Shown one piece after another: positions 58,286-64,000 of a DNA stretch of 64,000 bases. The DNA comes from Bacteroidota bacterium (GTDB lineage: Bacteria; Bacteroidota; Bacteroidia; Palsa-965). The position numbers and the translations under genes are program-made. A model generated the notes under the pieces. It ran no database searches. It was not told where the DNA came from and saw only the letters and a list, made by a program, of their open reading frames with translations. The stretch is taken from contig JAAFIA010000004.1 in the NCBI GenBank assembly GCA_013298545.1, positions 26,832-90,831 of the forward strand, read 5' to 3'. Each line of letters begins with the position of its first letter. The first letter of the stretch is position 1.

Positions 58286-58529
58286 TTTAATGTAGCAAGG
58301 TAATATTTTCAGCGCACGGGCCATCTCGCAATGGGCAAATTGTTGAATTGGTGAATGAAAATTCACGCAAGATTTCGCACCGATAAAGAATGGGTGAATT
58401 ATTGAACTTTAATGTAGCAAGGCAGTATTTTCAGCGCACGGGCCATCTCGCAATGGGCAAATTGTTGAATTGGCGAATGAAAATTTACGCAAGCGTTCGC
58501 ACCGATAAAGAATGGGTGAAGTATTGTAC
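58286..58529. repeat. two-copy direct tandem repeat, 122-bp unit (~93% identity), intergenic
   Basis: tttaatgtagcaagg..gcgcacgggccatctcgcaatgggcaaattgttgaattggtgaatgaaaattcacgcaag..gcaccgataaagaatgggtgaa.. occurs at 58286-58407 and 58408-58529. It contains the ttgaattggtgaat core of the E family. Confidence 0.85.
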
Positions 58530-58610
58530 AGATGACGTTCTAATTTACCAACGCGCTAGTGTTCTCATTCGCCTGTTGCGCGTCAGGTCGTGCGTGGCCT
58601 TAGGTCTCTT

Positions 58611-60188
58611 TCAATTCAACTCGGCCATTAACACAAACAACCGCTCAAATTTATCACGCAACTCCGTTGTTTCCCATCCGGTATTGTTAGCCATCATCGA
58701 GAAGGCTAGCAATTTTCCACTGCGTGTACGCACATATCCCGCATACGTTTTTACACGCGACATGGTGCCACTTTTGGCGCGCAGGTTTCCTTCCGCCAAT
58801 GTGCCATCGGCTAATTTGCGAATGGTGCCCGATTCGCCAGCTACGGGCAGCGAGCGCCAAAATGTTGGAAACATAACCGAATCTTTTGCCACCGCACACA
58901 AGACCTGAACCAATTGTTTGGAAGAAATGGTATTGAATCGCGAAATGCCCGAACCATCAACCATACTAAATCCACGCATATCAACCCCGCGCTCTTTCCA
59001 ATGTTTGAGCACAACCGATGCGCCACCCGACGAACTGCCATAGCCAAGCTGACGATGTGCCAATGCTTTTAAAATAGATTCCGCATAAAAATTCTGACTC
59101 ACTTGATTGGTATGGTAAACCAAATCGGATAAGGCTGGCGACGAAAGCGATTGAATGGTGCGTCGCTCTTTTTTATCCAGTTTAATTCCATTAAACCGAA
59201 TCAGGCGCATGGTGTTGAATGAGTCGCGCACCGCAATGCCAGTTTCGCGCAGTTCGCTGTATAATTTCTGCGCACAAAATAAAGCCGGATCAGGAATGGT
59301 GGTTTTTGTTTCTAGCGCACCGTTTACTTCACCAATAACGGTACGTTCCATTTGATACGGCGCACCTGCTACATACGCATAACTTTTGGCAACACCCGCG
59401 CTCACCACTTGGTTGTACAATTTCAGTCCCGGAATGCGTGGCTCCGAACGCAAACTCACGCCGCCCCCGCTCGCGGTAAGATTCAACGTAAATTGATTTT
59501 CGTGAATAGACAATCCCGAAGCAAAAGCCCCATAATCGCCCTGCATATCTTCCCACGCCCAACCGCCTGGAACCGGATCGCGTTCAAATGCCTCTGCGTC
59601 GCCAATAATCATCCCATCAATGCTATCGACGCCGAGTTGACGAATGGCATTTGTCCAAGAACCAACAACTTTTCCAATGCTACTGCCAAATGTTTCTGAT
59701 CCTAAACTCGGATCGCCGGTACCACGGATATACACATTGCCATGCAAAATGCGCGTGGCCACATCCACCTCACCATCCACTTGCAAATACGTCGAAAACC
59801 GAAAACCACCGCCAAGCACTTGAAGCGCGGTAGCCGTTGTCAGCACTTTGGTAACCGATGCCGGAACTAAAGCCTGTTGAATATTTTCTGCAAGAATAGT
59901 TCGCTGACTATCTGCCGTTACGAGGTAAAAACTCCAAGAGCCACCAATTAGTTTTTCATCGGCAGAAATGGAATCCACCGCCGCGCTCAATCGCCCAAAC
60001 GCACTGGTGTCCGATACTTCAATGAGTGGAACAGAATCGGGTTTAATTGTTGCAGCAAGCGGTTTGGGAGGAGCAGGTGTTGACGGGTTTCCCCAAAAAG
60101 AAACCGCACCACCAATCAATCCAATTGGAGCAAGCAGAAAAAGAAAAATTTCAGTAACCGTAAATGTTTTTTTCAGAATGCGTTTCAC
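58611..60188 (-). CDS. dacB: D-alanyl-D-alanine carboxypeptidase/endopeptidase (PBP4, peptidase S13)
   Basis: SxxK PASVTKVLT, SGN-like, and KTG-like (AKSGTMSRVKTYAGY) motifs. Signal/TM anchor. Confidence 0.85.
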   Translation of the reverse strand: MKRILKKTFTVTEIFLFLLAPIGLIGGAVSFWGNPSTPAPPKPLAATIKPDSVPLIEVSDTSAFGRLSAAVDSISADEKLIGGSWSFYLVTADSQRTILAENIQQALVPASVTKVLTTATALQVLGGGFRFSTYLQVDGEVDVATRILHGNVYIRGTGDPSLGSETFGSSIGKVVGSWTNAIRQLGVDSIDGMIIGDAEAFERDPVPGGWAWEDMQGDYGAFASGLSIHENQFTLNLTASGGGVSLRSEPRIPGLKLYNQVVSAGVAKSYAYVAGAPYQMERTVIGEVNGALETKTTIPDPALFCAQKLYSELRETGIAVRDSFNTMRLIRFNGIKLDKKERRTIQSLSSPALSDLVYHTNQVSQNFYAESILKALAHRQLGYGSSSGGASVVLKHWKERGVDMRGFSMVDGSGISRFNTISSKQLVQVLCAVAKDSVMFPTFWRSLPVAGESGTIRKLADGTLAEGNLRAKSGTMSRVKTYAGYVRTRSGKLLAFSMMANNTGWETTELRDKFERLFVLMAELN

Positions 60189-60234
60189 CGATCAAATATA
60201 GTGTGGTATTTGAAATCTCTGCAAGTAGATTCAA

Positions 60235-60573
60235 TCAACCCCCAATTTTCCCCAAATGCGTAATGAACCAGAGAAAAATAAAACAGACAGAAACAATTCC
60301 ACTCAATATCGAGTAACCCAAAAAGTAAAGTAGAAAATGTAAACTTCTTTCCGGTTCAATTTTCACACGTTGTAACGAGAGGAAAAGATTTCCACCAAAT
60401 AAGATAAACAAGGCCAACAATCCGAATGCTGATTCATTACTCGTATAAGCATTGCGATATACATCGTAATGCGAGCCAATAAATTTTTCTGGAATGAAAC
60501 AAGCAAGTAAAAAAACAAAAAGCGGAATGCACACCAAGCACAAAAGGAAAAGGACTGTTTTTGATTTGAACAT
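60235..60573 (-). CDS. hypothetical small membrane protein (3 TM)
   Basis: Three hydrophobic helices. No known domain. Confidence 0.45.
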   Translation of the reverse strand: MFKSKTVLFLLCLVCIPLFVFLLACFIPEKFIGSHYDVYRNAYTSNESAFGLLALFILFGGNLFLSLQRVKIEPERSLHFLLYFLGYSILSGIVSVCFIFLWFITHLGKIGG

Positions 60574-60875
60574 GGATAAATTTATTTTGGTTGGAAATCA
60601 ATCGTCGAACAGAACATGACTGAAAATTTCGACAAGTTGTAAATATAGTTTTTGTCAAAGAGTTTTAATCAAAAATAGAAGCCTACACATATCATCGCGG
60701 GAAAAAAAGAGTGGAGTGCGGAGAAAGAGTGCCCAGGGGTTTAGTAACCGCACTCCGCACTCTTTCTTCGCACTCTTAAAACGTCTGTGTCTGGAAATCG
60801 AAAAAAAATGCAACTTGCATAAAATAAAAGCCACGTCGAGTTCGACTACCCAGTATAAAACGGATAGAACGAACC

Positions 60876-61457
60876 ATGACGGCAAATAAAACAATGGCCG
60901 AAGAGCAAAACCGATTTCTGGAAGAAACGTTGCAGCGAGAAAGACGGCGTTTGCTCGATTTTATCCGAAAACGAATACCCGAAGACGAGGACGCGGAAGA
61001 TATTCTGCAGGATGTCTTTATCGAGTTCACCGAAAATCTCCGCATGGAGCGCGTTGTCGATCGGGTTTCGGGCTGGCTCTACCGCGTGGCGCGCAATAAG
61101 ATCGCGGACTTTTTCAGAAAAAAACGGCCATCTTCTCTGGAAAAAGAGTTCAGTCAAACCAATAATGAAGGTGAAGAAATACTCAGCATCGGCGATTTGC
61201 TGCCCGATTCTTCGGCAGGACCCGAAGCACAGTATATCCGACAAGCCTTGATGAGTGAATTGATGCTAGCCATTGATGAACTTCCCATAGAACAACGGTG
61301 GGTGTTTTGGGAAAACGAAGTGGAAGAACGCACGTTCCGTGAACTTGCGGAAGAAAGTGGAGACTCCATCAATACCTTGCTATCGCGCAAACGCTACGCC
61401 GTCCGATTTTTGCGCGAACGCCTTCAGGATTTATACAACGAAATGTACAACCTCTAA
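60876..61457 (+). CDS. RNA polymerase ECF-type sigma-70 factor
   Basis: Region 2 (ILQDVFIEFTENLRM...WLYRVARNKIADFFR) and region 4 (IEQRWVFWENEVEERTFRELAEESGDSINTLLSRKRYAVRFL). Confidence 0.8.
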   Translation: MTANKTMAEEQNRFLEETLQRERRRLLDFIRKRIPEDEDAEDILQDVFIEFTENLRMERVVDRVSGWLYRVARNKIADFFRKKRPSSLEKEFSQTNNEGEEILSIGDLLPDSSAGPEAQYIRQALMSELMLAIDELPIEQRWVFWENEVEERTFRELAEESGDSINTLLSRKRYAVRFLRERLQDLYNEMYNL

Positions 61458-61469
61458 ATACATCAACAC

Positions 61470-61877
61470 ATGAAATTTTTGAAATACTTTTTTGGTGCCA
61501 TTGCCATGATCTTGCTAGCCATAGCTTTTGGCTGGGTCGTGATGTGGCTCTGGAACGCCTTAATTCCGCAGCTTTTCGGAGGCCCAATCCTGAATTGGAC
61601 ACAAGCCGTAGGCATCTTGGTTTTGGCCCGCTTGCTTACAGGTGGTTTTGGAAAAGGGTGGGGTGGCCATCACCGTTGCCGCGACTGTGGACACAGCGGC
61701 TGGAAATCGCGCAAGAGTGGGCATTGGAAGCAACGTTGGGAAGAAAAAATGAGCAACATGAGTCCCGAAGAACGCGAACGCTGCAAAGCAAAGATGAAAC
61801 GCTGGTGCGGCGATTGGGAAGAGCCGGAACATAAGCAATCGGAAACAATGGCCTCGCCCGAAGAACCGAAGAATTAA
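61470..61877 (+). CDS. small membrane protein with Cys/His/Trp-rich charged C-terminal tail; candidate non-canonical anti-sigma partner
   Basis: 13 bp downstream of the sigma gene. Two TM helices, then GHHRCRDCGHSGW...RERCKAKMKRWCGDWEEPEH (HxxCxxC-like metal-ligand pattern). Confidence 0.6.
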   Translation: MKFLKYFFGAIAMILLAIAFGWVVMWLWNALIPQLFGGPILNWTQAVGILVLARLLTGGFGKGWGGHHRCRDCGHSGWKSRKSGHWKQRWEEKMSNMSPEERERCKAKMKRWCGDWEEPEHKQSETMASPEEPKN

Positions 61878-61883
61878 CAAAAA

Positions 61884-61914
61884 CGCCGCCTCTTTTTGAG
61901 GTGGCGTTTTTGTT
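61884..61914 (+). terminator. intrinsic terminator
   Basis: aaaa-acgccgcctc-tttttga-ggtggcgt-ttttgtt (one G-U pair in the stem). Confidence 0.7.
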
Positions 61915-61928
61915 GGAGGTGTTGTACA

Positions 61929-64000
61929 CTAAAAACCGGAAGGTAATTTGCTAGCCTTTGGATCAGAAAAGCGAGGACGAACAATAAGAAACAGCTTAAA
62001 TTGAGCTGTTTCAAGGGGTTTTGATAAATCAGCAGAAGAAAGATCCAGACGGAGTTCCAGTTGATCGACATTGTTTTTCAAAAATGACGGATCGAGTTTA
62101 AATCCGAGACTGGAAGAAATACCAAATACATCTTTTTGATCAACGGCTTGTGTAAGCATATTCTTGATTTGCGTATGGGTATAAGTACCTCCAAGACTAA
62201 TTTTAAACTCAGACGATTTATCTGAGGGTTGACCAACATAAGAACTATTTAACGATGTTGTAAACTGATTTGTTTGTGAAGCACCAGCAATGTTTGTTTG
62301 TGAAAATGTATTATTAGAAGAAAGCGAAAGCGAATGGGTCTTATCAAAATTAAAATTCTGATCGAATTTCAGTTGTGAATTGAAACGATTTGCCTGATTT
62401 GTAAGGGAGTTGATCGGCCCTTTGTTGAGCGATAAATAATCGGCGCTTCCGAAAACACTAAAATCGCGGTATGCATACTTATAATTTGCTGCGGCTTTAT
62501 AGTCGAACAGATTGGTTGTTGTGGCTGGGAACTGTGCCGGATTAGCATCGTGCGTTCCGTTAAATAAAAGGTTTGTATAATCTTTTAGATCTGGTTTGGC
62601 GTCGTCTTTCAAATCGCCTTTGAGGAAATGATCGGCTGCGGTTACGCCATGGTAGGCGCCAGTTGGATTGGGCATATAGGCGTTTAATCCCGAACTTACA
62701 TTCAGTTCATGCGAATGATTGCCATTGGGCTTACTTTGAGAACCATCTAAAAGGTTAAATTTGAAATCAGCAGAAAATGGCGCGCTATATTTTTCTCGTT
62801 CGCTATGCATTCCGGCATTAAAATTTTTCATGGCATTTTTATCGAGAATAAACTGCCGATTGCCAAAACCAAGATTGCCTTTCAGTTTTGTCTGGTCGTA
62901 ATGTGTTGATCCGAGCGTATAGTCGTTACCAAATTTTAGATCAAGAATTTTTATACCATCATCTCCCAAAAAACCTCCGGCGATGTTGGTTAGGCTTGTC
63001 AAGTCGTTTAGCAACATGCCCTCAGAATTGTTAAAATCAAAATCCTTGAAAATATTGTACATCGGATACGCAACGACACCCGCGGCAATCGGAGCCGTTA
63101 AATACCAATGCTTTTTAAATTTATCGCCGATTTTCTGTGCGTTATAAGAAGGCCATTGTAGTTTGCGCGGATAATCTGTTTTGTCGCGCAACAAAAATTC
63201 GCCATAACTTTTAAGTGGTTTTTCGTAGCCCGCTTTGAAAACACTTTTCAGCTTATCAAAAATAAATTTGTCTGGATTTACTGGCCATCCGTTTGATTTG
63301 AATTCTGGCGGTATTCCAAGAAAAACGTCAACTCCATTAAAGTTTGCCGCAACCAGATCATCAACAGAATTAACGGTATTTAAAAGATCACCGAAAGGGG
63401 TAGTTCCAAAATCTGCTTGAGCTTTTGCAAGATCTGCTCCATAAATCAGTTTAAAGTAATCTAGTTTTGCTTCGTTCAGTTCTGCCGTATTTCCGGTATC
63501 TGGCGTAATGCCATTTACATCTAATAACAAGTTAGCGGATTGAAATGCGGGATTGGTTTGAATCGCCGAAACCAGTTTATAATTGGTTACCATTTCTTCG
63601 GTGATCGGTTCGCGCCAAAGCTGTGGGAAGTGTTCTTTTGTTGATGTTGGATATTTCCCTTTTTTAATTTGTATTTCCCCCGAAAGATTTTGTAAAACGC
63701 GCCGTGTTGTATTTTCGGTGTACTCTTGTGTGGCAACAACCTGACCGCGATTGAAAAGTGGATCGTTATCAAAAGAACCCGAATACCCTTTTTTAGTTCG
63801 TCGATCAACGCGTTTGTTCAACAGTTTTACACGCTTATTTTTTATTTTATCGGCATCTTCTTTTTCTCCCAACGTATATTTCAGAATAAAACCAAGAACG
63901 TCTTCATCCGCTTCGATTTTTGCACTACGGTCATCTAAGTTGGCTGTTTTTTGATTTTTCCGCGCATACTTATGTGATCCTTTTTCTAATTCATTGAAGT
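61929..64000 (-). CDS. large outer-membrane-type protein, N-terminus outside the window (partial)
   Basis: The frame stays open upstream of the reported TTG at 63872 up to the window edge, so the gene is truncated by the window. No signal peptide in the visible part. Beta-rich with many G/N/S/T/Y/F residues. C-terminal ...SKLPSGF with a terminal Phe is typical of beta-barrel OMPs. Confidence 0.6.
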   Translation of the reverse strand, partial: FNELEKGSHKYARKNQKTANLDDRSAKIEADEDVLGFILKYTLGEKEDADKIKNKRVKLLNKRVDRRTKKGYSGSFDNDPLFNRGQVVATQEYTENTTRRVLQNLSGEIQIKKGKYPTSTKEHFPQLWREPITEEMVTNYKLVSAIQTNPAFQSANLLLDVNGITPDTGNTAELNEAKLDYFKLIYGADLAKAQADFGTTPFGDLLNTVNSVDDLVAANFNGVDVFLGIPPEFKSNGWPVNPDKFIFDKLKSVFKAGYEKPLKSYGEFLLRDKTDYPRKLQWPSYNAQKIGDKFKKHWYLTAPIAAGVVAYPMYNIFKDFDFNNSEGMLLNDLTSLTNIAGGFLGDDGIKILDLKFGNDYTLGSTHYDQTKLKGNLGFGNRQFILDKNAMKNFNAGMHSEREKYSAPFSADFKFNLLDGSQSKPNGNHSHELNVSSGLNAYMPNPTGAYHGVTAADHFLKGDLKDDAKPDLKDYTNLLFNGTHDANPAQFPATTTNLFDYKAAANYKYAYRDFSVFGSADYLSLNKGPINSLTNQANRFNSQLKFDQNFNFDKTHSLSLSSNNTFSQTNIAGASQTNQFTTSLNSSYVGQPSDKSSEFKISLGGTYTHTQIKNMLTQAVDQKDVFGISSSLGFKLDPSFLKNNVDQLELRLDLSSADLSKPLETAQFKLFLIVRPRFSDPKASKLPSGF

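Noticed and set aside
58286-58529. Possible CRISPR array (direct repeats)
   Set aside because: Only two 122-bp copies with no unique spacers, no cas genes, and a unit length far from the 24-48-bp CRISPR repeat range.
58390-58908. 172-aa plus-strand ORF spanning the 122-bp tandem repeat
   Set aside because: It overlaps the well-supported dacB gene on the opposite strand and begins inside the intergenic repeat. It has no domain or signal.

Overview
This 64-kb window looks like chromosomal DNA from a member of Bacteroidota (Flavobacteriia/Cytophagia/Sphingobacteriia-like). Three proteins end in the characteristic type-A T9SS C-terminal sorting domain (ends at 5543, 10004, 56967), there are many lipoprotein signal peptides with LxSC/LTGC lipoboxes, and the small intergenic spaces carry GC-stem/T-tract terminators. 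About 60 genes can be supported.

Housekeeping genes recognised with confidence: gmhB, PIN-PhoH (PhoH2), cvpA, a cyclophilin, pheS, hom, a 1-Cys peroxiredoxin, comF, a GAF free-Met-R-sulfoxide reductase, a GNAT acetyltransferase, panC, glmS, a PlsC-type acyltransferase, MarR, dinB, dacB/PBP4, a beta-lactamase-fold hydrolase, an esterase, and tRNA-Cys(GCA).

Accessory and surface content:
- a 1175-aa WG-repeat secreted protein;
- two adjacent paralogous giant BNR/Asp-box cell-surface proteins exported by T9SS (1439 and 2178 aa), the second carrying 12 tandem ~75-aa Cys-containing beta-sandwich repeats;
- a GH5-like T9SS enzyme;
- two ECF sigma modules: one with an anti-sigma bearing a TonB C-terminal domain, one followed by a small membrane protein with a Cys/His-rich tail;
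- tandem DUF-like secreted paralogs.

No CRISPR array, integrase, transposase or prophage was seen.

Most notable observations:
1. An Abi_2-family abortive-infection gene split by a perfect 61-bp tandem duplication.
2. A ~180-bp heptanucleotide microsatellite (GGAACTT/GGAAACT)n, with a perfect 25-bp inverted copy upstream, lying in a divergent promoter region.
3. A family of short palindromic dispersed intergenic elements sharing an 'aattcacc-aaactgcgc' tail, plus a 122-bp two-copy tandem repeat containing the same core.
4. A candidate small locus: Cys-rich 152-aa protein + divergent PAD/agmatine-deiminase-fold enzyme + all-helical TPR-like protein.
5. A degenerate TP_methylase (RsmI-like) remnant next to tRNA-Cys and a 600-bp gene-free region.

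The ORF track also reports TTG/GTG starts as M, and several N-termini are over-extended; corrected starts are given where a signal peptide or a homolog's N-terminus makes them evident. Coordinates I read directly from the sequence may be off by ±1.
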